Made by a program: the position numbers and the translations under genes | Notes under the pieces: generated by a model | Database searches by the model: none | What the model was told of the DNA's origin: nothing | What the model saw: the letters and a program-made list of their open reading frames with translations, nothing else | NCBI RefSeq assembly: GCF_001194135.2 | Contig: NC_068986.1 | Location: 95,678,012 to 95,742,011, forward strand | Length of the DNA: 64,000 bases | From: Octopus bimaculoides | Lineage: Eukaryota | Direction of reading: 5' to 3' | Shown: positions 40,357-51,988 of the stretch, piece by piece | How the letters are laid out: each line of letters starts with the position of its first letter | How positions within the stretch are numbered: position 1 is the first letter of the stretch

Positions 40357-40690
40357 GCTGAGACCCCCTTCGGTCACGAATGCCATGGGATTGCACCTAG
40401 AAAGTTACCCTCCCAGGCATAAGTCCGGGCAAGGTTGTTTATGGAAGTCCAGCAGTCGCCCATGCATACCGGTCTCCCCTCTCCACGCCACCAGTGTTAT
40501 CCAAGGGAAAGATAAAGGCCGATACAGCTTGGCACCCGTGATGTCGCAACTCATTTCTACAGCTGAGTGGACTGGAGCAACGTGAAATAAAGTGTCTTGC
40601 TCAAGAACACAACACACAGCCTGGTCCAGGATTCGAACTCACAACCTCACGATCGTAAGCTCGACGCCCTAACCACTGAGCCATGCACCT
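40357..40690 (-). mobile_element. tRNA-derived SINE (truncated by assembly gap)
   Basis: Minus-strand head GGTGCATGGCTCAGTGGTTAGGGCGTCGAGC...GAGTTCGAATCC has clear Pol III A and B boxes. Confidence 0.8.
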
Positions 40691-41192
40691 TCACATATAT
40701 ACATATATGTGTGTGTGTGTGTACATGTGTAAGTGTTGGTACACACAGACACAGGTCACTTGAAGTGGGAACTGCAAACAATTGTTGTTTAAAGTTTTAC
40801 GTTTCAAATCATTAAAGAACTTATTCTATAATATATTAAGAAAACAGATAGCTAGGTTATGTAGAAGTATTTTAAAACAGACATGCAAACTTTTAAAGTT
40901 TTTAAAGTTTTGATTTGAGCTGGATTATACATAATGCAAGGGGAATAACTCGTATTTTTATTATGATCTATGTAACCATAAATTGTTTCGAATTTTGGCA
41001 CAAGGCCAGCAATTTCGGGGTTGGAGGAAAGTCGATTACTTCGACCCCAGTGCTCAATTGTTACTATTCTCAAAATATGAAAGGCAAAGTAAACCTCGGC
41101 AGAATTTGAACTCGGAACGTAATGATGAACGAAATGCTGCTAAGCATTCTGCCTGTCATGCTAATGATTCTGCCAAATGTCATAAAATATGT

Positions 41193-41224
<32 letters not shown>

Positions 41225-41695
41225 GCAATATGTATGTCTGTATGGGTGTGTCACACACACACATAAGCTTCTTTCAGTTTCTGTCTACCAAATTCACTCA
41301 CAAGACCCAGAACTAAAGTAGAGGGCACTTGCCAAATGTACCTCACAGTGGGACTGAATCTGGAACCATGTGGTTGAAAATTAAATTTCTTACCACGTAA
41401 CCACCACATCTGTGCTTGAATACACACACATGAGTAAGCACATAAAGGCAGAACAAGTGCTTGTGTTACCCAGCTATACTGAAATATGCAATGTCTTGAT
41501 CCTATGGCACGGTTGATTTGACAAAAATAGCCTTGATTATTGAGTTGGTGGCACTTTCGGAAGGCAATATGGAGTAAGGACATATATATATATATATATA
41601 TATATAGACATATATATGTATATATATATATATAGACATATATATATATATACATACATACATACATATATATATATAGACATATATACATACAT

Positions 41696-41727
<32 letters not shown>

Positions 41728-41844
41728 NNNNNNNNNNNNNNNNNNNNNNNNNNNNNNNNNNNNNNNNNNNNNNNNNNNNNNNNNNNNNNNNNNNNNNNNN
41801 NNNNNNNNNNNNNNNNNNNNNNNNNNNNNNNNNNNNNNNNNNNN

Positions 41845-41879
<35 letters not shown>

Positions 41880-41881
<2 letters not shown>

Positions 41882-44095
41882 GTTAGGTGTGATGTACAGA
41901 AATTAAATATTGAGAAAATTGGACAGGAGAGCTAGGAAGAAGGGGAGATAATAAAATACTGGTGATCCCAAAACAAAAGTGCGGGTGCGTGTGTATGTGA
42001 GAGTGTGTAAGTGAGAGTGTGTAAGTGTGTGCATGTGGATAGTGGCTAGTGACTTTGATGTGTTGATGTGTAAACGTGTATGTCAGTAATGTGCGTGGTG
42101 TTGGTACTGGGAAGTGGTCATTGCTAGTATGTGTGGAGTGGTGGTATGTGGAGGTGTGGGGATGTGAGGGTGGGGTGTAGGTCTGGGGTGAGGATGTGGG
42201 AGTGGAGGTAGGGTATGTGGGAGTGGCATGTGTGGTGTGGATGGAGGATGGTATCAATGAAGAGAGAAGGTAGGTAGGAGTGAACAGAAGAAGTAGGTGT
42301 CAGATGAAGAGAGGAGAGGAGGGGAGTCAGATGAAGGTGAGAGGACAGTTGAGCCCATGTGGCAGAAAGGAGCAAAGAGAGAATATTAATTCTTGTTCAT
42401 GGCAAATGCGTGTCGAATGGCCCCTGTGCAAAGACAATTTTAACACAGACAGGTGTTGTAATAAATAACTGGTAGAGCAGAAATGGTGCAAGATAGGGTT
42501 GTCATTGCTGAGTCTAATGTCTCGGAGGTGCTCCGTGAATCAGTCAGCCAAGCAGCATCCCATTTGACCCATGTACAGAGAAGGGCATGAGAAACAGTAA
42601 ATGACGTTGCTAGAAGTGCAGGTAAAGGAGTCAGTGATATGATAGGGACGATGATGGGTGTCTGTGAGGATGGTGGTGTTGGAGAGGTAGGGGCAAGTGC
42701 GGCAGCGTGGGCGGGAGCAAGGGAACGAGTCACATTGAGAGGTGGGGTTAGGGAAGAAACTGTGGACCAGGAGGTCACGTAGGTTGTGGGCTTGTTTGAA
42801 AGTGGGAAGGGGTAGGTTGGGGAAGATGTGTGAAATGGAGGGGTCGGACTGGAGTCGCCGGAAGGCTCAAAGAATGGTGCATTGGAGAGGCAGGGTGGAG
42901 GGGTGGTAGGTGAGGGAAAATAGGAGATGGGCAATGGCAGGGTAGGTGCAGGGAGAGAGAGCAGAAGCATGGTCCATGGAACATGCTCTGGCAAGGGGAT
43001 ATCCATGAAGGATGAAGTGGCAAGCCATGAGTTGAGACTGAGTTTCAAAGTCATGGTTGTCACTGCAGAGCCTGTGCAGATGGAGGAATTAGGAGTAGGT
43101 GATGGAGAGCTTGGTGTGGGTACGGTGGGAGGAGGAGAATTTGAGTTATGAGTCTGAGTTGGTGTGTTTGTAGTGAGAGTGGAGTTGTATATGTTTACTG
43201 AAATATCAAGAAAGGAGATGGAAGTGTTGGAAATAGTGCAGGAGAATTCGAGAGCAGGATGGAAGGATTGGACAAAAGAGAAGAAGGATTCTAGTTGTTC
43301 ACGGGAGAAGAGTGAGGTTGCACCGATACAGTCATCAATATAACGACCATATAGTTTGGAAGTGGGACCAGTGAATCTTCAAAATATTTGGGCCTCAACA
43401 TAGCCAAGGAACAGATTTGTATAGTTGGGACACATTCTCATTCTCATGGCCACTCCTGAGACCTGTTGGTAAAACTCCACTGTGAACGAGAAGTAGTTGA
43501 GGGAGAGAACAAGTTCAGCCAGACAAAGAAGTGTGGATGTGTCAGGTTGGGGGTTGGGTTGAAGGTCTAGGAAGTGGCTGAGGGCAAGAAGTCCTTGGTT
43601 GTGTGGGATCACCATATATAGACTCTTGATATCAAGAGTGAAAAGACGTTTAGAAGGTCCAGGAGGGAAGGAGAAAGAGTTGAAAAGATGGAGAGCATGG
43701 TTAGTGTCATGGATGTGGGAAGGGAGGGAAGCCAATAGGGGGGCAAGGACACGGTCAAGGTATTTTGAGACCAGTTCTGTGGGGCAGGTACAGGCGGAGA
43801 CGATGAGGTATCCAGGGTTGTTGGGCTTGTGGATTAAGGGAAGGAAGTAAATGGTGGGGGTACCTGGAGTGCGGACAATGAGTTTGGAAGTGGTGAGAGG
43901 GAGATGAGAGGAGGAGATGAGGTCATGGATAGTGGAGGACACAGTGTGTTGGTAGCTAGGTGTGGGATTGGAGGGCAGAGGGCAATAGAAGGAGGTGTCT
44001 TGAAGTTGGCAGATAGCTTCAGCCTTGTAGAGGTCTGCACGCCACACCACCACAGCTCCACCCTTGTCGGCCGGCTTTATGATAATGTCCTTGTG
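41880..44095 (-). mobile_element. Penelope-like element (RT plus GIY-YIG endonuclease), 5'-truncated and frameshifted
   Basis: IIIKPADKGGAVVVW, YFLPLIHKPNNPG, LFTLDIKSLY, GVAM and YGRYIDDC RT motifs. GIY-YIG-like SNVIYCFSCPSLYMG...TEHLRDIR...EQELIFSL at about 42400-42630. Pyrimidine-rich 3' region. Confidence 0.88.
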
Positions 44096-44231
44096 ATGTC
44101 ACACACATACATATACATATAAATACATATACAGCAAGACACGAAACATATACACAAACACAAAGATGCATAGAGAAAATACACAACCAACACCCACAAA
44201 TCAAGATGACTAAAACAATAACTCTACTCAC

Positions 44232-44326
44232 ATCAGCACCAGTGGTGACCCATAACCACTGTAGCACATCTTGAGGCTGGTCATCACACCAGTGACTGAG
44301 CTGCTACCAAAAATAGTCAGACACTC
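44232..44326 (-). CDS. RAD1: RAD1 exon 3 (ECLTIFGSSSVTGVMTSLKMCYSGYGSPLVL+AT)
   Basis: 95 nt, AG/GT; matches DCLSIFGSS...ALRMCYQGYGYPL of RAD1. Confidence 0.93.
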
Positions 44327-45174
44327 CTACAAGACAGCAAAGAGACAGTGTTGAGGTCCAAAGTGATGGAATATCTTCTAATTTCTTTTAAAGACCATCG
44401 TCAACATCATCATTGTTTTTATGTCCACTTTTCCATATTTGCATGAGACAGATAGAATTTGACAAAACATATTTTCTACAGCAGGATGCCCTCCTGTCAC
44501 CATCTCTCACCTGTTTGTAAGTAAAGTACCATGACTAGGCATACTTTCAAGGAAGAATGGAAATGAATTACACCACTTGTATGATGGTGAGGTTTGTTTA
44601 CAACAATTGCAGGAAGTCAAGACAAGGAAGCATGCACACAAGATGGGTTTCTTTTCGGTTTTGTCTACCGAATCCACTCACAAGGCTTTGATTGGCCTCA
44701 CACTATAGCTGAAGATGCTTGCCCAAGGTGCCACACAGTGGGACTGATCCAACAACTATGTGGTTGGAAAGCAAACTTCTTAACCACACAGCCATGCCTA
44801 CACCAACTATTTTAATGACCATCTACAAGCAATTTAATGAGTAACCATGAGTATTTTAATTACTAATTATGAGTATTTTAAATGATTTTCAAAGTATTTG
44901 AATGACCATTTATGAATATTTTAACTGTAAGTACTTCAATGGGCATCTTATGAGTTTTTCAATCAATATTTACATAAGATGGTGAGCTGGCAGAAATGCT
45001 TAGCGGCATTTCGTCCATCTTCAAGTTCTGAGTTTAAATTCTGCTAAGGTTAACTTTGCCTCTCATCTTTTCGGAGTTAATAAAGTAAGTACCAGTTGAG
45101 TGCTGGGGTCAATGCAATCAACTTACCTCTTCCCTGAAATTGCTTGCCTTGTGCCAAAATTTGAAATCAATATT

Positions 45175-45206
<32 letters not shown>

Positions 45207-45496
45207 NNNNNNNNNNNNNNGGTGCAGGTATGGTGGTGTGGTTAGAAAGGCTTTTCAGGGAAAATTAACTACAACGAATAGCATCTCTCCAGTGACAAGA
45301 GAGAACTTTGTCCCATTTGTTTAGTGATATAGAAACTGGATGAGAGAACTAGCCCTGTATAATCAGGATAGCAAAACAATCTCACTTATTCCACACTCAA
45401 CTATCTTGAATATGGAATGCCTTTGATTATAGTTTTGCTCCGTCAGGCCTGGCCTGTGGCTAAACAACAACAACAACAAAAATAAAACTGTCATAC

Positions 45497-45652
45497 CAAC
45501 AGAACATTAAGGTTGATTTTGAAGGTCAACTGTTCTTCTTTGATTGTGTATTCATGAAATATGGCCGACTGTATGAAAGCATTGCCTTGGATGCATTTGA
45601 AGTCCTCAACTGTCACCTTCAGACCAAGCTCACTAGCAAAAACTGTAGCAAC
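45497..45652 (-). CDS. RAD1: RAD1 exon 2 (VATVFASELGLKVTVEDFKCIQGNAFIQSAIFHEY...FKINLNVLL)
   Basis: 156 nt, AG/GT, phase 0; conserved GxKVTVE..KCxQxNAFIQ. Confidence 0.95.
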
Positions 45653-47934
45653 CTAAGGAAAACAAGAAACAAATGTTGAAAGTTTATCATATAATTGTTT
45701 TATATAACCCCTCCAGCTTCCTTAAGTTAGTGACTCTCAATCTCTTTAGCTTTATGATATACTGGAAAACAAACAAAAAATTACTGGCACACTCCTCCTT
45801 CTCGTCATCATTGTTTTAATGTCCCTTTTTTATGCTTGTATGGGTCAGACAGAATTTCTTGAAGCAGATTTTCTACAGCTGGATGCTCTTCCAGTTGCCA
45901 ACCCTCACTTGTAACCAAACAACATAATATTTCATTAGGTTTTCACAGAAGATAGGAAACAAATGATACTGCTTACAAGTCAGTTACATTTATTTATAGC
46001 TATCATGCAATATCAAAACAGGGAGACACAAACTCACACACATACACATCCGCCAAATCCACTCACAAGGCTTTGGTTGGCCCAAGGCCATAGTAGATGG
46101 TTGGGAAATAAGCTCTTTGCCACATAGTCATGTCTGTACCTATATGTACAGAGTTAAATGTTACATTTTAAAGTAAAAACTTTAAAATATATTTCATACC
46201 TTATTCTATTAATCATCATCATCATCCCTTAATGACTGTTTTCCATGCTGGCAAGCGGGAGAGCTGCACCAGTTTCAGTCTAATTTGGCTTGGTTTCTAT
46301 GGCTGGATGCCCTTTCTAACTCTAACCACTTTAACAAAATTGTGAATAACAGTTTTCAAAAGGACCAAGCCACTAATGTGGATTGTCAAAAGCCTTAAAA
46401 TATGTTTAAAATAAATTAATATGATGCACCTAGATTCCTGTTGAAGGACACACCATTTCAGAACTATATTATGTATTGGTTCAAATTCAGTGATACTTCA
46501 AGTAAATGTGTTAAAAGGGTAGAAGAGACATTGTTGTGTGCTTCCCCACTACAATGTTCAGGGTTCAGTCCCACTGCGTAGTACCATGGCTGTGTTTCTT
46601 CTGTAGTCCAGGAGTGAATAAGACTTTGTGAGTGGATTTGATAGAGGATAACTGTGTGGGAGCCCATTGTGTGTGTGTATGTGTGTGTGTGTGTGTGTGT
46701 GTGTTTGTATATTTGTATACATTTACACTTTTCTGAAAATCATGAGTTACTACAATATTGTCATTTCACCTATCGATAAATTGTCCACTGGCTTTCTGCC
46801 TTTGAAGACATGTAGATATCTTAGCTGAGAAACAGGTAAGGGTTAATGATAGGAAGGGTATCTAGCTGTAAAACAATGTCGCAAGGAAAAAAGAATGGAC
46901 ATATAAACTTTAGAACTTTATACAGCAGACCTGGAGTAGAGATGAGGTTGAAAATGCAATGAAAAGACCTTGACGAACCTAGCTGATTGATTGACTGAAC
47001 TACTAATCAAATAATTGATTAGTTAAATGTTTAACTAATTGACTAATAATAATGAAATAAGGGAAATAGAACCAGGGCGTGTGCTTATATTAGGCATCTA
47101 GACACACACACACACAATTTGCGACAACCTGCAGCCTGTTTCTTTCAATTGAATTCGTGTTAGACACGTTTAAATACGGGTCGCACAGTTTATTACGAAT
47201 CATTATAACAAATATTTATTATAAGCCTTATTACGTCTTGAGTCTCTTATTTGATAGTGGTTATTTAGTTTCCTTAATGACCCTTCCCATAATAAATTGA
47301 ATGTGTCCCATGTCATTATGGCTAGATCCAGTTATTTCTATGTATTCCCGCTGGTTCATAATACACTGTATGAGATTGTTAGTAGAAAGACAGGTAGTTC
47401 ATCTGTACATGTTGGAAAACTTGTCCAAACATGTCAAAAGTTAAAAATGTTACATGCATATATGCTCCAGCGAGGCCTTAGCAGTTTTTGTCTAAAACGA
47501 GCTAAAACGAGCTAAATATGCTAGCAATACACACACACACATACAAATACATATAACACGCAGCACACATACATATTCTCTTCAAAAAAATACAAGAATG
47601 TCAAACTCATACGAACCTCTCGAACAAAATAACAAACTATAGGGCTTGAAGTGAAACTTAAAATGGATCGTTGACATAAATTACCAGTTAGGTAAGTTTA
47701 TACAGCTGCACCTCAGTGTACAGTTAGTTGTATTCCCGACGGTAATTTAGTCCCAAATCCACCTTTGGAGATATAGATACACATCGGCTTTTATCGTCCC
47801 GTGTTTTCCCTTTACTTTTATTTTTTATTACTCATCCAAGTACTTTTTCTTCTATTCAGGATCCTGAAATTCTCCAGTCATCCAGGCTTGTTACACCTGT
47901 GTTTACATTTTGGCAAATTTCTATGGAAACGTTG

Positions 47935-48159
47935 GGCACTACTAAAGCAGCGCGGACCCGAACGCGCAGTCGCGCGTCCGAGCTAGCTAGTCGTGAGTGG
48001 TCGATCCTAACCCTAACCCTAAACACGTATTCATTTGCACACGCAGGTTAGGGATAGGGTTAGGGTTAGGGACAGGGTTAGGGTTAGGATCGACCACGCA
48101 AAACTAGCTAGCGCGGACGCGCGACTGCACGTTCGGGTCCGCGCTGCTTTAGTAGTACC
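47935..48159. mobile_element. Fold-back MITE with telomeric-repeat arms, copy 1 (RAD1 intron 1)
   Basis: 86-bp inverted arms (6 mismatches) starting GG(C/T)ACTACTAAAGCAGC. Inner ends are (CCCTAA)n and (TTAGGG)n-like. Exact 9-bp TSD GAAACGTTG at 47926-47934 and 48160-48168. Confidence 0.9.
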
Positions 48160-49045
48160 GAAACGTTGTAAATAACATTTTGGCGCGATATTCTAGTACA
48201 CTGAAATAACTCTTTGGAGTTAGAAGCCGTTTAAGAATCTTTGGCGATCGTCGAATCTTTTAACCTTAAACCTAAGAAATGTATTTTTCATAACAGTGAA
48301 TTAGAAAAATATTTTAGAGGAAATTCATTTACATTAAGCAGAGTAGAATATTTTCCCGCATTTCAGTATATTAAGTTGGATGCGGAGTTACTCAAAGTTT
48401 TTGCCATTTTTTGGTGTTAATATATTATCACTAACCCACAAAATCTCTAACTTAACACGACATATAAGTACACATGACTAATTAACTTCGACAGAATTAA
48501 GAATTGAAGGAGAATTTACTATAAAATTTTTTAAAATATTTTATATTACTATTTATCAGTAGAAAATTGCAGTCTGTTTTCTATATCAGTAAAAAAATGT
48601 TTTTTTCTCAATTAAAGCTCAAATAAGTTGTTTAAACCTATATCAACCATGATAAAGCAGATGTGTTATCACAGACATTCAAACCAAAACCACCAGGTCT
48701 TTAAATCAGGGCAATATGCGTCGGAACCATGTTACTCGATGTGCACTTTACATTTTAAGACAGTCGGTGCCGGATTCAGCTGCTATTTCTAGCAGACGAG
48801 TTATAACGTAGATGCTCCCTCGTCATGCTGTTTGTCCCATTTTATTTTTGTTGACGATATAAAAGACAATAATTATATTATCATAGTTTGGCTGCCACTT
48901 CTAGCAGAGTGAGCCTTATAGAGACTCCCTCGTGCATTCGGGTGATTATTTTCATTTGTTGACTACTTATGAATTATTATAACTCGTCGCCAAACTATAG
49001 TTCAGCAATCCCAGGCGTTCATTTACAACACTGAAATAAACTTAC

Positions 49046-49156
49046 ATCTTTGAAGTTGACGGCCTTGAGAAGATTGGACATATTGCGGACATTGTCCAAT
49101 TTAGCCACCAGTAAATATTGGTCGTCGTTATCAAAATGTTTCGTAGAAAGCGCCAT
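49046..49156 (-). CDS. RAD1: RAD1 exon 1 (MALSTKHFDNDDQYLLVAKLDNVRNMSNLLKAVNFKD)
   Basis: ATG at 49156, donor GTAAGT after 49046; matches human DDQYSLVASLDNVRNLSTILKAIHF. The eight exons total 843 nt = 280 aa plus stop. Confidence 0.95.
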
Positions 49157-49299
49157 CGCACCACGTTGCCTACTGCTGTTGCCTTCTTCCGGGGTGGAAA
49201 ACAATTTGCTTCATTCAAATACATTCCGTTGGTCCATTTGAGTTATTTCCCTTAACTCATTTAATTTCTTTTTTTATTATATTTCAGTCTACACAGGTG

Positions 49300-49774
49300 T
49301 TAGAGCAAAAAGTAAAGGTAGGAGTATGCATACCATAGGCCACTGTAAGTAGTTGTTCCTGGCAGAATTGATTGATGAAGTGTGTTATAATCCCGAAAAG
49401 GTATGACGAAAGGAACAACTTCTCGAGTTTCGCGACACACATCGCCCAGAACCCATTGTTCGGGCAGCATTATTTGACCCACCTATTTCAACAATTCTGC
49501 CAGAACCACCAATCTTCATTGGATTGCAGAACAAATCGTCTGCGCAAACATCCCGTAAATAATTTTTATAATCTACTGCTGCAGTAGCACCAATTTCTAG
49601 TTCATCCTTACAGATAAAATCAGATTTCTAAGTGGAAGGGCTCCCCTTTCCAACCACGTGCCTCTTCCAACGGACACCGACTCTCGTCATTCTCTTCTAC
49701 TACATCTCCAGTATACACAGCCATGATGTTGTTCCATTTGCATCCTATGATGATTTTCGCATTTCTTCTCCTCA
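49300..49774 (-). pseudogene. Merlin (IS1016/ISXO2-like) DDE transposase remnant
   Basis: Three shifted frames: YWRCSRRE*RESVSVGRGTWLE (Cys-rich N-terminus), YLRDVCADDLFCNPMKIGGSGRIVEIGGS (consensus IGGxGxIVEIDES) and QWVLGDVCRETRE...ILPGTTTYSGLW (consensus WVxGG...I.PGT.I.SD.W). The 5' end runs into the gap at 49775. Confidence 0.78.
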
Positions 49775-50199
49775 NNNNNNNNNNNNNNNNNNNNNNNNNN
49801 NNNNNNNNNNNNNNNNNNNNNNNNNNNNNNNNNNNNNNNNNNNNNNNNNNNNNNNNNNNNNNNNNNNNNNNNNNNNNNNNNNNNNNNNNNNNNNNNNNNN
49901 NNNNNNNNNNNNNNNNNNNNNNNNNNNNNNNNNNNNNNNNNNNNNNNNNNNNNNNNNNNNNNNNNNNNNNNNNNNNNNNNNNNNNNNNNNNNNNNNNNNN
50001 NNNNNNNNNNNNNNNNNNNNNNNNNNNNNNNNNNNNNNNNNNNNNNNNNNNNNNNNNNNNNNNNNNNNNNNNNNNNNNNNNNNNNNNNNNNNNNNNNNNN
50101 NNNNNNNNNNNNNNNNNNNNNNNNNNNNNAATGGTATTTTTTTTTCAATGAAATTTTATATGAATACCTTTGAAACGGCATACATTACGACTATAAAGT

Positions 50200-50395
50200 A
50201 ATTTTGGAGAAAATCTTGAGGTGGGGAGAGGACTTTCGGAAAATTCCCAAGATCCGAATTTTTCCCAACCCTCCCGTTCCTTTGCGCGCATTTTTTTCCC
50301 TATTAGTTTCCTACACATCGTTTTACACCCCTTTCAGTATTTTTTCGTGGGTGGTGGATATTTTCATTTTCGGGACCAGATGTAAACATTAACCA
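50200..50395. repeat. Interspersed repeat also present at about 53280-53590
   Basis: Shared core GACTTTCGGAAAATTC(C/A)CAAGATCCGA, and a GTGTAG(G/A)AAACTAATA motif in opposite orientation in the two copies. Confidence 0.55.
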
Positions 50396-50462
50396 AAATG
50401 GTTTTTCTAAAGAATGGGTACTCGCATGGTTGTGCTAAAAAAAAAACAATTAATGAAGCGGT

Positions 50463-50476
50463 GTTGCCATGACAAC
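50463..50476. promoter_or_regulatory. RFX X-box-like motif GTTGCCATGACAAC in the RAD1/NAA20 intergenic region
   Basis: One mismatch from the ideal palindrome GTTGCCATGGCAAC. An ETS-like ACTTCCG follows immediately; further ETS cores lie at about 51158-51165 (CAGGAAGT) and 51201-51208 (ACTTCCGG). Confidence 0.4.
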
Positions 50477-51333
50477 AAACTTCCGCTGTCAGACGGTGAT
50501 TTAAAATTCATCGGCTAAAAATACGTAACCTTAAATGCTTCTTTTTCATTATAAATTGTCCAAAATAATGAATGCTATATCATCGGCATGGTGCATTTCT
50601 AAAAAATTTCAGATTAAAATTTGTGGTTGGACGAAAACGATCCTTTCAACTGATTAAAATTTTATTTTCGACTCACCACAACAAGTGCACTTTACCAAAT
50701 GTATTTAGACTCAATGTGGTATTAGCCTTTATGATTCAACTACAGGACTTCTCGGCAGCCAAAAAATCCAGCCGTCTAACCCTCGGGCCCTAATTTTAAT
50801 GGTCAAAATAAGAATGAACTAACTAGAGCCTAGCTATGGTGTAAACTCCAGCCTGGACAAACAGCAGCCAGCAGATTTTTTGAATTGCACGCCTAACAAA
50901 AAGTTACTTCGAATTTTATTTTCTTGTGCAGCCCGTTTCTCGCAAAAAGTTGCTCGTTGCCTGTTCTACTCGGTCGTTTGATTGGCTAGAAATAGCAGCC
51001 AAAATAGCCTTCGAATCACATCTTACCATTATTTTTTTAAAAAGGGAAGGACATAGTGGATAATGTAATGTGTAATAAATTAGATCTGTAAGGTTATGGT
51101 GAACATAGTGTAGACTTTATTCCTTATATATTTTCAAACCTAACAATTAACTCGCAACAGGAAGTTGCTGTTTTACTGTCTGAAGTTAAATAAAACCTTA
51201 ACTTCCGGTAAATGTTTCAGAACTTGTAAATTTTTGTCTTGTCCGGCGGTGTTTTTCTTTACTTTCTTATTTCCCCTCTTTCATTTATCATCAACGTATT
51301 TTTTTGGTTTAATTAATTATTATAAGAATTATA

Positions 51334-51855
51334 ATGACTACTATTCGTCCGTTTACTTGTTCGGATTTATTCAAGTTCAACAACGTCAATTTAGATCCAC
51401 TTACCGAAACATATGGGCTGGCCTTCTATATGCAGTATTTAGCTCAATGGCCCGAGTATTTCCAGGTTGCCGAATCACCATCGGGCGAAATCATGGGTTA
51501 CATCATGGGTAAAGCCGAAGGCAGAGCCGAGAACTGGCACGGACACGTTACAGCTCTGTCCGTTTCGCCCGAACACAGACGTCTCGGACTTGCTGCAAAA
51601 CTTATGCATACACTGGAGGAGATTTCCGAACGTAAGAAGTGTTTCTTCGTCGACTTGTTTGTGCGAGTATCGAATAAAGTTGCCGTCGACATGTACAACA
51701 AACTGGGTTATACAGTCTACAGACGTGTACTGGAATATTACTCTGGACTGGACGACGAGGATGCGTTTGATATGCGGAAAGCTTTATCGAGAGACAAGGA
51801 CAAAAAATCTGTGATACCTTTATTGCATCCGGTACGACCGGAGGAATTGGATTGA
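51334..51855 (+). CDS. NAA20: N-alpha-acetyltransferase 20 (NatB catalytic subunit), intronless, 173 aa
   Basis: MTTIRPFTCSDLFKFNNVNLDPLTETY...WHGHVTALSV.PE.RRLGLAAKLM...FVDLFVRVSN...DAFDMRKALSRD...HPVRPE matches NAA20/Nat3 end to end. In-frame TAA just upstream of the ATG. Confidence 0.97.
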   Translation: MTTIRPFTCSDLFKFNNVNLDPLTETYGLAFYMQYLAQWPEYFQVAESPSGEIMGYIMGKAEGRAENWHGHVTALSVSPEHRRLGLAAKLMHTLEEISERKKCFFVDLFVRVSNKVAVDMYNKLGYTVYRRVLEYYSGLDDEDAFDMRKALSRDKDKKSVIPLLHPVRPEELD

Positions 51856-51988
51856 CTATGCAATGCCTTCGTCATGATTAGTGTTCTAGTCATGATTCTC
51901 GCCCTTTTGCCCCTCTTTTACAACCACCCCACCTGACTGCCGAAACCTTAATGCTGTTAATTTATAAATCTGTTGCTATTAATTAGTG

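Noticed and set aside
48005-48088. Interstitial telomere from a chromosome fusion or healed break
   Set aside because: The order is CCCTAA then TTAGGG (opposite to a head-to-head fusion), the tracts are short, and they are enclosed by TIRs and a TSD.
30563-49156. RAD1 as an incomplete gene or pseudogene (most exons are absent from the ORF track)
   Set aside because: All eight exons were found manually, with canonical splice sites, consistent phases and a full-length product.
51467-51814. Alternative-frame ORFs over NAA20 (51467-51814, 51498-51701, 51165-51512)
   Set aside because: By-products of the GC-richer NAA20 CDS; no homology recognised.
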